A stretch of DNA of 64,000 bases from contig JBFWJC010000003.1 in assembly GCA_050253415.1 (NCBI GenBank), positions 224,001-288,000 on the forward strand. The letters run 5' to 3'. Numbering within the stretch: position 1 is the stretch's first letter; the number at the start of each line of letters is the position of its first letter. This document shows positions 32,439 to 44,504 of the stretch, piece by piece. The stretch comes from Pedobacter sp. (GTDB lineage Bacteria > Desulfobacterota > Desulfuromonadia > Desulfuromonadales > Syntrophotaleaceae). Below the pieces are notes generated by a model. It did not search any database. It saw only the letters and a list, made by a program, of their open reading frames with translations, and was not told the DNA's origin. The translations under genes and the position numbers were made by a program.

Positions 32439-33191
32439 ATGTCGATTACCGCGGTTATTCCTGCCCGCTACGCATCATCGCGTTTTCCGGGAAAGCCTCT
32501 TGCCTCTATACTGGGCAAAACAATGATCCAGCGCGTATATGAGCGTACCGCGCAAGCATCCTGTATCGACCGGGTGGTGGTTGCTACAGACGATCAACGT
32601 ATTGCTGAGGAGGTTTTACGCTTTGGTGGCGAAGTTCAGATGACTCGGGCGGATCATGCTACCGGTACCGATCGTCTCGCTGAAGTAACGGCCAGGCTTG
32701 ATACCGATTTGGTGGTTAACGTTCAGGGGGATGAGCCGCTTATCGACCCGCGCATGATAGAGATGGCGGTCGCTCCTTTATCCGAAGATTCCAGCATACC
32801 CATGGGGACCCTCAAGACGCCGCTATTGACCTGGCAGGAGTATCGCGATCCCAACGTCGTCAAAGTCACGACCGACAGACGGGGGTTTGCCCTGTATTTT
32901 TCCCGGGCGTCGATACCATATCCTCGGGATGTGAATGTCGACGACTTGAGTGTATCACCCGGGTCATTGGGGTTATTTCGCCATATCGGCCTCTATGTAT
33001 ACCGGAGGGATTTTCTATTGAAGTTTGCCCAATTGCCGGCAACGCCACTGGAAAACCTGGAAAAGCTTGAACAGCTCCGTGCTCTGGAGCATGGCTATGA
33101 CATCCGTGTCGTTGAGACGGATCTGGTCAGTCTCGGTGTAGATACCCCTGAAGATTTGGCCAGGGTTGAAGCTTATCTGCAGACACACTGA
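32439..33191 (+). CDS. kdsB: 3-deoxy-manno-octulosonate cytidylyltransferase
   Basis: Motifs IPARYASSRFPGKPL, NVQGDEP and EKLEQLR. Confidence 0.97.
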   Translation: MSITAVIPARYASSRFPGKPLASILGKTMIQRVYERTAQASCIDRVVVATDDQRIAEEVLRFGGEVQMTRADHATGTDRLAEVTARLDTDLVVNVQGDEPLIDPRMIEMAVAPLSEDSSIPMGTLKTPLLTWQEYRDPNVVKVTTDRRGFALYFSRASIPYPRDVNVDDLSVSPGSLGLFRHIGLYVYRRDFLLKFAQLPATPLENLEKLEQLRALEHGYDIRVVETDLVSLGVDTPEDLARVEAYLQTH

Positions 33192-33199
33192 ATGGCTGA

Positions 33200-34912
<1,713 letters not shown>

Positions 34913-34913
34913 T

Positions 34914-35747
34914 ATGCCTGATGCGTTGAAAGTGGCCGATGTCACTTTTGGTGGGGGACGACCTTTTGTGCTGATCGCTGGGCCTTGCGTCATGGAGGGT
35001 GAGGAACATACCCTGAGTATCGCACGGCACCTGTTGCAATTGAAAAATGAGCTCGGCATTCAGGTTGTTTTTAAGGCCTCTTTTGATAAGGCCAACAGAA
35101 CTTCGGTCTCGGCCTATCGTGGACCTGGGCTTGAAGAGGGGTTGCGGATTCTCGACAAGGTTCGACAGCAGACAGGCTTGCCGGTAGTGTCGGACATTCA
35201 CGATGTCACTCAGGTGGAGCCCGCTGCCGAGATCTTGGATATCCTTCAGATCCCAGCGTTTTTGTGTCGTCAGACCGATCTGTTGTTGGCGGCAGGTCGC
35301 AGCGGCAAAGTGGTCAATATAAAAAAAGGGCAATTTCTTGCCCCTTGGGATATGGCGAATGCCGTAGCAAAGGTTTCATCTACCGGTAATGACCGCATTC
35401 TGCTTACGGAACGCGGAACATCCTTTGGCTATAACAACCTGGTTGTGGACATGCGCGCTCTCGCTATCATGCGTGAAATGGGATGCCCGGTTATCTTTGA
35501 CGCCACACATGCTGTTCAATTGCCCGGCGGTGCCGGTACCTCCTCGGGTGGGCAGCGGCAGTTTGTTGCCGCGCTTTCGCGTGCTGCGGTCGCCGTGGGT
35601 ATCGACGGCCTGTTTTGGGAAGTGCATCCTGACCCGGATCATGCCCTGTGCGATGGAGCCAATTCTTTACCCCTTGCAGAGGTAAAGACAGTACTTCAGG
35701 AATTGCTGGCTATTGATGCCATTATCAAAGGAAACACTAAATCGTGA
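34914..35747 (+). CDS. kdsA: KDO-8-phosphate synthase
   Basis: Motifs IAGPCV, KASFDKANRTS, QIPAFLCRQTDL and DATHAVQ. Confidence 0.97.
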   Translation: MPDALKVADVTFGGGRPFVLIAGPCVMEGEEHTLSIARHLLQLKNELGIQVVFKASFDKANRTSVSAYRGPGLEEGLRILDKVRQQTGLPVVSDIHDVTQVEPAAEILDILQIPAFLCRQTDLLLAAGRSGKVVNIKKGQFLAPWDMANAVAKVSSTGNDRILLTERGTSFGYNNLVVDMRALAIMREMGCPVIFDATHAVQLPGGAGTSSGGQRQFVAALSRAAVAVGIDGLFWEVHPDPDHALCDGANSLPLAEVKTVLQELLAIDAIIKGNTKS

Positions 35748-36715
35748 CGGATATGTTGGATACGGCCAGAAGGGTTCTTCAAATTGAAGCCGAAGCTATC
35801 GTTGCTCTTTCGCAGCGACTGGACGATCACTTTATCGCTGCCGTAGAACTGATTTTGTCCTGCCAGGGGCGGGTGGTGATTACAGGTATGGGAAAGTCCG
35901 GACTGATTTGCCAGAAAATCGCTGCTACCATGTCATCCACCGGTACGCCGACCTTTTTTCTTCACCCTGCCGAGGGTATTCATGGGGATCTCGGCATGCT
36001 TATGAAGGGCGATGTCGTGATTGCCGTGTCCAATTCCGGAAATACGGAAGAAATCGTACGCATTTTACCGGTAATAAAACGGATGGGATTGCCCCTGATC
36101 GGGATGGCTGGCCAAGAGAAAAGTGCCCTGGCTCGAGCCTCTGACGTGTTTCTTAATGTAGCCGTTCGCGAAGAGGCCTGTCCCCTGGGGTTGGCTCCTA
36201 CGGCCAGCACCACCGCCACTTTGGCGATGGGAGACGCCTTAGCGGTGGCTCTTTTGGAACGACGCGGATTCAGGGAGGAAGACTTCGCCTTGTTTCATCC
36301 CGGGGGTGCATTAGGCAAAAAGCTTTTGCTTAAAGTAGAAGACCTGATGCACACGGGAAAGGATATTCCGCTGGCCGCCATGACCACTCCTCTTAAAGAG
36401 GCATTGTTTGAAATCACCAGTAAAAAACTGGGTATTACAGGGGTTTTAAACGATAGCGGTGACCTTGTTGGAGTCTTTACCGATGGTGATTTGCGACGCA
36501 CTATGGGCAGAAACTGCGATGTGTTGAATCTCTCCCTGGGGGAGGTCATGTGTAGTAATCCCAAGCGTATTTTGCGAAGCAACCTTGCTGCCAAGGCCGT
36601 ACAGAAAATGGAAGAATTCTCCATTACTTCACTGTTCGTGTTTGACAGTGACGACAGTACTGTGCCGGTGGGTATCATCCATCTTCACGATTTGCTTAAA
36701 GCGGGGGTGGTTTGA
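35744..36715 (+). CDS. kdsD: Arabinose-5-phosphate isomerase (KpsF/GutQ)
   Basis: Motifs GMGKSG, HGDLG, EACPLGLAPT and HPGG.LG, plus a CBS pair. Confidence 0.95.
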   Translation: MTDMLDTARRVLQIEAEAIVALSQRLDDHFIAAVELILSCQGRVVITGMGKSGLICQKIAATMSSTGTPTFFLHPAEGIHGDLGMLMKGDVVIAVSNSGNTEEIVRILPVIKRMGLPLIGMAGQEKSALARASDVFLNVAVREEACPLGLAPTASTTATLAMGDALAVALLERRGFREEDFALFHPGGALGKKLLLKVEDLMHTGKDIPLAAMTTPLKEALFEITSKKLGITGVLNDSGDLVGVFTDGDLRRTMGRNCDVLNLSLGEVMCSNPKRILRSNLAAKAVQKMEEFSITSLFVFDSDDSTVPVGIIHLHDLLKAGVV

Positions 36716-37245
36716 TGGAATCTGCGTTGTCGAAAATACGGCTGTTGTTGCTGGATGTTGATGGGATCATGACCGATGGCCGCGTCCATTACGATGCAAA
36801 CGGCGGGGAAATCAAGAGCTTCGATGTTAAGGATGGCCATGGGTTGAAACTGCTTCAGCGGGCCGGTATTCAGGTCGGCATCATTACCGGTCGCAATTCT
36901 TCCATCGTTAAACGACGTGCGGATGAACTGGGGATTGAAATTCTCTATCAGGGGGCTAAAGATAAAATTATTCCCTACGAGGAAATTCTTCAGGAACGCG
37001 GTTTCAAAGATGATGAGGTCGCATATATGGGGGATGATCTGGTAGATCTCCCCATTTTATTGCGGGTCGGATATCCTGTCACGGTAGCCGATGCGGTGGC
37101 GGAAGTGAAAGAGCATGTCCATTATGTAACATCCCGCTGCGGTGGCCACGGGGCTGTGAGAGAGGTGTGTGAGGTTCTGTTAAAACAGACCGGCCGTTGG
37201 GGTGCTGTTACGGATCGTTATTATGCCAAGGTAAATATGCCGTGA
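36715..37245 (+). CDS. kdsC: KDO-8-phosphate phosphatase (HAD)
   Basis: Motifs DVDGIMTDG, YMGDDLVD and GGHGAVRE. Confidence 0.95.
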   Translation: MESALSKIRLLLLDVDGIMTDGRVHYDANGGEIKSFDVKDGHGLKLLQRAGIQVGIITGRNSSIVKRRADELGIEILYQGAKDKIIPYEEILQERGFKDDEVAYMGDDLVDLPILLRVGYPVTVADAVAEVKEHVHYVTSRCGGHGAVREVCEVLLKQTGRWGAVTDRYYAKVNMP

Positions 37246-37318
37246 ATCAAAACTCGTGCCAATTGTTTACGGAACCTTCTTTACTCCTTTTGGCGATGAT
37301 GCTATACTGACGGCACTT

Positions 37319-37891
37319 ATGATGCACAGGGTAACTATACGAAATTTATTGCTTATTGCTATGTTGGCGGTTGTTTTCGGCCTTGGGTACCGATTATGGG
37401 ACCAGCGTTCCGAGACGGCTCCAGATCCCGTTATTAATTCTCTTCCTGCAAATGCCGATCTTTCCTTACAGGATATTCAGTATACCGAAACCAGCGAAGG
37501 TATACGCCGCTGGACCTTGACCGCCAAATCTGGAGCGTATGAAGCGGGGCAGGGCAAGAGTGCCGTTCAGGATATGCGGCTTGAAATTTTTGATAAACAG
37601 GGTCGTGAGCAAATGGTCCTTACCGCCGATCATGGGGTATGGCTGTCGGAAACAGGCGAAATTGAGGCTCAAGGCAATGTGGTTGTAAAAACCACTGAAG
37701 GGTACACGCTTTATACCGAACAACTGGGTTATTCTACCAGGAATGATCAGGTCAGCACAGATCAAGCTGTACGGGTAAAAAAGGACAGTGTGGAACTTTT
37801 CGCGCATGGGATGCGTTACGGGCTGAAGGACCGCCGTCTGACGTTGATATCACAGGTTAGGGCACTGTTTATGCTCGGGATAGGAAATTAA
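37319..37891 (+). CDS. lptC: LPS export protein LptC
   Basis: N-terminal TM, beta-jellyroll pattern, and position between kdsC and lptA. Confidence 0.85.
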   Translation: MMHRVTIRNLLLIAMLAVVFGLGYRLWDQRSETAPDPVINSLPANADLSLQDIQYTETSEGIRRWTLTAKSGAYEAGQGKSAVQDMRLEIFDKQGREQMVLTADHGVWLSETGEIEAQGNVVVKTTEGYTLYTEQLGYSTRNDQVSTDQAVRVKKDSVELFAHGMRYGLKDRRLTLISQVRALFMLGIGN

Positions 37892-37895
37892 TACC

Positions 37896-38399
37896 ATGGC
37901 TTCTACCCGTACTTTTATTCTCATAATGCTACTGAGCCTACTGGTGTTGCCAGGAGCTGCATGGTCCGAGGCCTCTGGTGTCTCCGACAGGGGGCAACCA
38001 CTCGAAATCACTTCTAACAGGCTTGAGTCTGATGGGGGTCTGCGCCAAGTGGTTTTTCTTGGCAATGTAGTCGCCAAACAGGGAAGTCTTACCATTAAGG
38101 CTTCAAAGCTGGTTGTGTATTACCAGGGGGAGGGCAATCAAGTCTCCAAGGTTGAGGCCATCGGTGATGTGACAATAACGAAGGATAACCGAATTGCCAC
38201 AGGTGGTCGAGGTGTCTATGAAGTTGGCAACGAGACTATCGTCATGACCGGTTCACCGCGCGTTCAGCAGGGAGAGAATTCCGTTGAAGGCGATGAAATA
38301 GCCTTTTTTCTTAATCAAGATCGCAGTATTGTCAAAAGCAAAACCGGTTCGCGCGTCAAGGCGATTCTTGCACCCAGGGGGAATGCTGTTGGGCCGTAA
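37896..38399 (+). CDS. lptA: LPS transport periplasmic protein LptA
   Basis: Signal peptide; OstA-like motifs PLEITS and [10 protein letters not shown]. Confidence 0.9.
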   Translation: MASTRTFILIMLLSLLVLPGAAWSEASGVSDRGQPLEITSNRLESDGGLRQVVFLGNVVAKQGSLTIKASKLVVYYQGEGNQVSKVEAIGDVTITKDNRIATGGRGVYEVGNETIVMTGSPRVQQGENSVEGDEIAFFLNQDRSIVKSKTGSRVKAILAPRGNAVGP

Positions 38400-39114
38400 A
38401 CTGGTAGCTAGTGATCTGTGGAAAAGTTATCGCGGACGCAGTGTGGTGCGCGGTGTCGACCTGGAAGTTCGTTCCGGCGAGGTTGTTGGTCTGCTTGGGC
38501 CAAACGGTGCCGGGAAAACCACTTCTTTCTATATGGTCGTGGGGTTGATTCGTCCTGATCGGGGTAAAGTATTGCTGGATCAACAGGATCTTACCGGCAT
38601 GCCCATGTACCAGCGGGCCCGTTTGGGAATATCCTACCTTCCACAAGAAGCTTCAATTTTTCGTAAACTTACTGTGGAAGAAAACCTTCTCGCTATCCTT
38701 GAAACAGTTAAAAGTGCCTCGGGACAAATAAAAGAGCGTGCGCACCAACTGATTGAAGAATTTCGTCTGCAGCACGTGGCTCGCTCACCTGGCTACGCCC
38801 TCTCCGGAGGTGAACGTCGCCGATTGGAGATTGCACGTGCTCTGGTTATCGATCCTGGGTTCATCCTTCTGGACGAACCCTTTGCCGGCATAGACCCTTT
38901 GGCTGTGCACGATATCCAGAATGTTATCTGTCGCTTGCGCGATAGAGGTATCGGAGTGCTCGTTTCCGACCATAACGTACGAGAAACTCTTGGTGTGTGT
39001 GATAAAGCCTATATTCTGGCTGATGGACAGATTCTGGCGTGTGGAAATCCTGAACAAATTGCCTCCTGCCCCGAAGTAAGGGCAACCTATCTGGGTGAAA
39101 AGTTCCGTTTATGA
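38383..39114 (+). CDS. lptB: LPS export ABC transporter ATPase
   Basis: Motifs [27 protein letters not shown] and DEPFAG.DP. Confidence 0.96.
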   Translation: MLLGRKLVASDLWKSYRGRSVVRGVDLEVRSGEVVGLLGPNGAGKTTSFYMVVGLIRPDRGKVLLDQQDLTGMPMYQRARLGISYLPQEASIFRKLTVEENLLAILETVKSASGQIKERAHQLIEEFRLQHVARSPGYALSGGERRRLEIARALVIDPGFILLDEPFAGIDPLAVHDIQNVICRLRDRGIGVLVSDHNVRETLGVCDKAYILADGQILACGNPEQIASCPEVRATYLGEKFRL

Positions 39115-39172
39115 GAATTTGGGATGCAGGCACGTTTCATTCCATGCATTTAAAGCATAAGATTGAGGTACC

Positions 39173-40630
39173 ATGGCATTAGAAATTCGGCAACAGCTCA
39201 AACTAAGTCAGCAACTTGTTATGACTCCTCAGTTGCAGCAGGCCATCAAGCTGCTTCAACTATCACGTATTGAGTTGGAGGAGGTTGTACGCCAGGAACT
39301 GGAGGAGAATCCTGTCCTGGAGGAGGGTGCCGACATTGCCGAAGATAAGGAGTTGGCGGCCGAGGTCGCCGAAATTTCCGAAATTCCCGAATCCTCTGCC
39401 GCTTCTGAGGAGGTCAAAGAGTTTCAGGGAAATATTGAGGAATTCAACCAGGCCGACTGGCAGAACTATCTTGATGGCTATAATGCCAGTGGCGCGACAG
39501 TCGATACCTACGAAGCTGAGGAAGAACGTCCAAGTTTCGAAAGTCTTCTAACAAAAAAAACCTCTCTTGCCGACCATCTTGTATGGCAACTTAATCTGAT
39601 CCGTCTTCCCGATGAAGAGCGCGCCGCTGCTTCCGAAATCATCGGGAATATTGATGAAGACGGATATCTCAAAGCAACCGTCGAGGAAATCTCCCAAGCT
39701 GCTGGTGTAAGCATCGAAGCGACTGAACGGGCTCTGAGCGTGGTTCGCGATTTCGATCCTGCTGGCGTTGCCACCCACAACCTTCGTGATTGTCTGCTCA
39801 AGCAAGCTGAAGTGCTTGGTATGGGCGAGTCTCTGGTTGGCACCATGTTGCGTGACCATATCGATGAGCTGGAAAACCGCAAGTTTCAATCGATAGCAAG
39901 AACTCTTGGACTGCCTTTGGATGACGTGCTCGGTGCTGCGCGGGTAATTTCAGGGCTGGACCCCCGTCCCGGCCGGGCTTATAGTCAGGAAGAGATTCAA
40001 TATATTACCCCGGATATTTATGTGCATAAGATTGGTGATGAGTACGTTGTGGTTCTTAATGACGAAGGCTTGCCAAGTTTGCGCATTAACTCGTTTTATC
40101 GCAATGCTTTGTCAGGTGGTCAAAAAGTTGATGAAAAAGCCGGGGAGTATATTCAGGAAAAATTACGAGGGGCTATCTGGTTAATCAAGAGTATTCACCA
40201 GCGTCAGCGAACCATATTTCGTGTAACCAAAAGTATTGTTAAGTTTCAGCGGGACTTTTTTGAAAAGGGTATAGAGTATCTTAAACCCTTGGTGTTGCGT
40301 GATGTGGCCGAAGATATTGAAATGCATGAGTCGACCGTCAGCCGCGTTACAACAAATAAGTACGTGCAGACGCCTCGAGGTCTGTTTGAGTTGAAGTATT
40401 TTTTCAACAGCGGTATAAGTACAACAGTTGGTGAATCGATAGCTTCCGAAAGTGTAAAAAGCAAAATTAGGGATATCGTCGCCGAGGAAAATCCTAAAAA
40501 GCCTTATTCTGATCAGAAAATTGTCGATATTCTTCGTCAGGAAGGGATAGATATTGCCCGACGTACCGTTACAAAATATCGAGAGATGCTTAATATACGG
40601 TCGTCTACCGAGCGCAAGCGCTTATTTTAA
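39173..40630 (+). CDS. rpoN: RNA polymerase sigma-54 factor
   Basis: Motifs MTPQLQQAIKLLQL and HESTVSR; RpoN box ARRTVTKYRE. Confidence 0.98.
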   Translation: MALEIRQQLKLSQQLVMTPQLQQAIKLLQLSRIELEEVVRQELEENPVLEEGADIAEDKELAAEVAEISEIPESSAASEEVKEFQGNIEEFNQADWQNYLDGYNASGATVDTYEAEEERPSFESLLTKKTSLADHLVWQLNLIRLPDEERAAASEIIGNIDEDGYLKATVEEISQAAGVSIEATERALSVVRDFDPAGVATHNLRDCLLKQAEVLGMGESLVGTMLRDHIDELENRKFQSIARTLGLPLDDVLGAARVISGLDPRPGRAYSQEEIQYITPDIYVHKIGDEYVVVLNDEGLPSLRINSFYRNALSGGQKVDEKAGEYIQEKLRGAIWLIKSIHQRQRTIFRVTKSIVKFQRDFFEKGIEYLKPLVLRDVAEDIEMHESTVSRVTTNKYVQTPRGLFELKYFFNSGISTTVGESIASESVKSKIRDIVAEENPKKPYSDQKIVDILRQEGIDIARRTVTKYREMLNIRSSTERKRLF

Positions 40631-40725
40631 GCGTTCCCAGAAACACAGGGTATAATTGTTATAGAGACCTGTAAGCGGAATGTCTAGACTCTCTACTTAA
40701 CCCGTTCATCAGGAGGAGTACACGT

Positions 40726-41274
40726 ATGCAAATTGCCGTGACATTTAGACACATGGATGTTAGTGAAGCGCTTCGCACCTATCTTGAAGAAAAAATTTCG
40801 CGGGTTAAAAAATATATTGATGAACCGATCGATGCACAAGCCGTCCTGTCGGTTGAAAAGAAAATTCGGCATTGTGCCGAAGTAACTCTGGTCGCCAAAG
40901 GCATTACCATTAAAGGTTCCGACGAGACCAACGATATGTATGCCGCTATTGATGGTATGGTGGACAAGCTCGAACGCCAGCTTAAGCGGTATAAAGAAAA
41001 AATCAAGCGACATAAGCCTTCGTCCGACCAGGTGCGTCAGGTTGAAAAAACCATTTTTGCGGCTGAGAGTATTGATGAAGGGGCTCCTGAGCCGGTTGTC
41101 ATTCGAAGTCAGAGCTTTTCCGTTAAGCCGCTGTCTGTTGAAGAGGCTGTTATGCAAATGGATCTTTTGAATAAAGCTTTTCTGGTTTTTTCTGATGCCT
41201 CAAGCAATGAAATCAGCGTTGTTTATCGTCGAAAAGACGGAAACTATGGACTTATCGTTCCGGAAGTGAAATAA
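40726..41274 (+). CDS. hpf: Ribosome hibernation promoting factor (long HPF/RaiA)
   Basis: Motif DMYAAID...KLERQL and C-terminal VVYRRKDGNYGLI. Confidence 0.93.
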   Translation: MQIAVTFRHMDVSEALRTYLEEKISRVKKYIDEPIDAQAVLSVEKKIRHCAEVTLVAKGITIKGSDETNDMYAAIDGMVDKLERQLKRYKEKIKRHKPSSDQVRQVEKTIFAAESIDEGAPEPVVIRSQSFSVKPLSVEEAVMQMDLLNKAFLVFSDASSNEISVVYRRKDGNYGLIVPEVK

Positions 41275-41362
41275 GCCGTTTCGCGTTTTAATGCAATATT
41301 GAGGAGGAAAAGACCAATCCAATTTGTTTGTACAAGGTTGGATATGGAGCTTTTGTTAAACT

Positions 41363-41824
41363 ATGAAAATCGTCGATCTGCTCAATCCTGCCGCTATCGT
41401 GGCAAATCTGGAGTCGGTTGAAAAAGACGCCGTTCTGGAAGAACTTGCTGGAGCTGCGATCAAGGTTGGCAAGGAACTGGACCGTGCAGAGGTCGTACGT
41501 GTACTTCAGGAGCGCGAACGCCTTGGAAGTACCGGCATAGGTGAGGGGGTTGCCATTCCTCATGGGAAGCTTCGCACCATCGATCAGTTGTTGCTTTCAT
41601 TTGGACGTAGCAGCAAGGGGGTTGAATTTGACTCCCTGGATGGAAAACCTGCGCAGCTTTTCTTTTTATTGCTTGCGCCGGAAGAATCCGTTGGTATCCA
41701 TCTTAAGACCCTTGCGCGTATATCTAAATTATTGAAAAGTCCTTCAGTGCGCCAACGATTGTTAGGGGCAGGTTCCGGCGATGATCTTTACCGCATTATC
41801 GGTGAAGAGGAGGAGAAACTTTAA
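41363..41824 (+). CDS. ptsN: PTS EIIA (Ntr/fructose-type)
   Basis: Motif RERLGSTGIGEGVAIPHGK. Confidence 0.9.
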   Translation: MKIVDLLNPAAIVANLESVEKDAVLEELAGAAIKVGKELDRAEVVRVLQERERLGSTGIGEGVAIPHGKLRTIDQLLLSFGRSSKGVEFDSLDGKPAQLFFLLLAPEESVGIHLKTLARISKLLKSPSVRQRLLGAGSGDDLYRIIGEEEEKL

Positions 41825-42016
41825 ACTCGTTTTCGGGGCAGTTATTATAAACCACTTTCTTTTCACGACTTGGCGGCAAACCATCTGTCGCATTTGATTC
41901 TTGGAAAAAGGGTACCCGGGCGGCCGGTTGATGAAGTCGGGTTTCGCCTGATACCCTTTTTTCTTTTGACGCTATATTATTATTGAAGATTCGGCACTTT
42001 TCGCCGAACTTGGAGA

Positions 42017-42886
42017 ATGATGAAACGCGTTCGGTTGATTATTATTACGGGCTTGTCAGGATCCGGGAAAACCACTGCGGCCAGGGCCTTGGAAGATGAA
42101 GGTTTTTTCGTTGTCGATAATCTCCCGCTGACAATGCTGCCAGAGTTTGTGAAATTGCATTCTTGTTCAGGTGAGGGTGAGTCCAATGTCGCCGTTGTCG
42201 CCGATGTCCGTAACAAGTCTTATCTTGAAGGATATCGGGAAACGCTCGAACAGGTTCGTTCAGCTGGGCATTTGGTCGATATTTACTTTTTTGATGCAGC
42301 CGACGATGTTCTTATTCGTCGTTACTCTGAAACCCGCCGTCGACACCCTTTGTCTCAAAAAGAGGGTGTCACTGAATCGATCCGACAGGAACGTAGCCTG
42401 CTCGCGGGCATTATGGATCTTTCAACGGAAATCATCGATTCCTCATGGCTTACACCGCATCAACTTCGGGCCAAAGTTGTTCACATGGTGGGTGGTGAGA
42501 GTAAGGGGATCCCTCTGGCTGTACTCGTTCAATCCTTTGGTTACCGTTACGGCATTCCTCCGGGTTCGGATCTTGTCATGGATGTCCGCTTTATTCCCAA
42601 TCCCCACTTTGTTCCGGAGTTGAGACCTCAAACAGGGCTTTCTCCGAATGTGCGTGACTTTGTCTTGGGGCAGGAGGCATGTCGGGAATTTTTGGCTCGA
42701 TTCAAGCCTCTGCTGGATTACTTGTTGCCTTGTTATCATAAAGAGGGCAAAAGCAATCTTACCATTTCGATCGGTTGTACCGGCGGAAGACACCGCAGTG
42801 TGGCTATTGCGGAACATCTGCGTCATGCGATTCAAGGTGATAATCTGACAATCGAGGGTTTGCACCGTGATGTGGCCAAGGAGTAA
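42017..42886 (+). CDS. rapZ: RNase adapter / P-loop NTPase RapZ (YvcJ)
   Basis: Motifs TGLSGSGKT, DNLP, RRYSETRRRHP, DVRFIPNP and GCTGGRHRSV. Confidence 0.95.
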   Translation: MMKRVRLIIITGLSGSGKTTAARALEDEGFFVVDNLPLTMLPEFVKLHSCSGEGESNVAVVADVRNKSYLEGYRETLEQVRSAGHLVDIYFFDAADDVLIRRYSETRRRHPLSQKEGVTESIRQERSLLAGIMDLSTEIIDSSWLTPHQLRAKVVHMVGGESKGIPLAVLVQSFGYRYGIPPGSDLVMDVRFIPNPHFVPELRPQTGLSPNVRDFVLGQEACREFLARFKPLLDYLLPCYHKEGKSNLTISIGCTGGRHRSVAIAEHLRHAIQGDNLTIEGLHRDVAKE

Positions 42887-42889
42887 CGG

Positions 42890-43291
42890 GTGATTGGTTT
42901 AGTAATTGCTACTCACTGCGGTCTGGCCGGGGAACTTGTTCGAACGGCTGAGATGATTCTTGGCACCCTGCCGTTTGTGGCTGCTGTGGAAATTTTGCGT
43001 GGAGATGGACCGGATGAGATTCGGCAGCGTTTCCAATGCGCCATTGATAGCGTGGGACAAGATGGGGACGGGGTTCTGGTTATGACCGATATGTTTGGCG
43101 GGACCCCCTCCAATATCGGCTTTTCCTTTCTTGAACAGGGGATTGTCGACGTACTAAGTGGGGTTAACCTACCCATGTTGCTCAGAGCTTCCCAGGAGCG
43201 AAATGGCCGTTCGCTGAACGATCTTGCGCTTCTATTAAGGGATTACGGTCAGCAGAGTATTTTGCTGGCCAGCGAAATTCTTGCAAAATAG
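42890..43291 (+). CDS. PTS mannose-family EIIA
   Basis: Phospho-His in IATH; motifs TDMFGGTPSN and GVNLPML. Confidence 0.92.
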   Translation: MIGLVIATHCGLAGELVRTAEMILGTLPFVAAVEILRGDGPDEIRQRFQCAIDSVGQDGDGVLVMTDMFGGTPSNIGFSFLEQGIVDVLSGVNLPMLLRASQERNGRSLNDLALLLRDYGQQSILLASEILAK

Positions 43292-43311
43292 CCACCGGCT
43301 GATTGTATGTT

Positions 43312-43794
43312 ATGAGCATCGTACTTGCGCGTGTAGATAATCGATTGATTCATGGACAGGTTCTTGAAGCCTGGATCCCTACCACCAAGGCAGACTGCAT
43401 TGTCGTAGCCAACAATGATCTTGCTGATGCAGATATGCGCAAGAGGCTTATGGCAGCTGCCGTGCCTCGCGGCATCCAGGTCATAATCGAGAGTGTGGAG
43501 AATTCCGCAAGGTTTGTGCTGGCTCCGGATAACAGCACTCTGCGAGTCATGGTGTTGTTTGCCTCTCCCGATGATGCCCTGCAAGCACATGTTATGGGAT
43601 TGCATTTTGCCCAGCTTAATCTCGGCAATCTCCATCGTCCCCAAGGTGAGCACCAGCTCGGATGTACGGTTACGCTTGATCATAAGGATATTTGCAGCCT
43701 GACTGAGTTAGAGACCCGGGGCGTTGAAATCAATCTGCAGTGCGTCCCTTCGGATCGTCAACGTGGATGGCGCAGTATGATGAAGAAGAAGTAA
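43312..43794 (+). CDS. PTS mannose/sorbose-family EIIB
   Basis: Motifs RVDNRLIHGQV and LNLGN. Confidence 0.92.
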   Translation: MSIVLARVDNRLIHGQVLEAWIPTTKADCIVVANNDLADADMRKRLMAAAVPRGIQVIIESVENSARFVLAPDNSTLRVMVLFASPDDALQAHVMGLHFAQLNLGNLHRPQGEHQLGCTVTLDHKDICSLTELETRGVEINLQCVPSDRQRGWRSMMKKK

Positions 43795-43805
43795 AGCTTT
43801 TCAAT

Positions 43806-44501
43806 ATGCCTGGTTATCCCTACTTGATGGCGTTTGTCGCCTCGTTAATAGCTGGCTTGGATCGGACGGCGATATTTCAGCTAATGATTTCGCGTCCGAT
43901 TGTGGCAGCTCCAATGACTGGATGGTTGTTGGGTGATGCCGCAACGGGATTGCAAATCGGTGCATTGCTCGAACTGCTGTGGTTGGGACGCATACCTGTA
44001 GGTGCATCGATACCGCCTGACGATACTCAGGTTGCTGTTGGCAGCACCTGTCTTGCCATCACGCAATATCTTGGTGCGCCTATACCTCTCGCAGCATTTT
44101 CCATTCTTTGCCTGCTTGTTGCCTTGCCCTTTGGAAAAGTTGGAGAATTTTTCGACCGTGTTGCCAGGCGTCTGAATAGCAGGCTTTGGGTACGCGCGGA
44201 ACAGGCTGTTGAACGGGGGCAATACAGCCTTTTGACCTGGTTGCATTTACAGGGAGCATGTCATTTCGGTCTTGCATCGATTGCGACTTTCAGTGTGATT
44301 CTGCTTGGTGGATTGTTAAGCTTACACCTGCTTGTCCCTCTGCTTTCCACCGATCTTACCGTTATGTTGCCATGGTTAAGGTTGGCGATACCCCTGGTTG
44401 GAGTGTCTGCATGTCTTTGCACTGTCAATTTCCGCCCCTCCATTTGGGTTTATAGCAGTTCTTTTATAGTTGTATATGGCCTGCTTCAGGTTTTTGGATA
44501 A
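43806..44501 (+). CDS. PTS mannose-family EIIC
   Basis: Motifs SRPIV, GALLELLWLG and GASIPPD. Confidence 0.88.
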   Translation: MPGYPYLMAFVASLIAGLDRTAIFQLMISRPIVAAPMTGWLLGDAATGLQIGALLELLWLGRIPVGASIPPDDTQVAVGSTCLAITQYLGAPIPLAAFSILCLLVALPFGKVGEFFDRVARRLNSRLWVRAEQAVERGQYSLLTWLHLQGACHFGLASIATFSVILLGGLLSLHLLVPLLSTDLTVMLPWLRLAIPLVGVSACLCTVNFRPSIWVYSSSFIVVYGLLQVFG

Positions 44502-44504
44502 GTT

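Noticed and set aside
41870..41960. GGCAAACC motif suggesting a c-di-GMP-I (GEMM) riboswitch
   Set aside because: There is no GNRA-capped P2 stem or downstream GACGCAAAGC/tetraloop-receptor elements.
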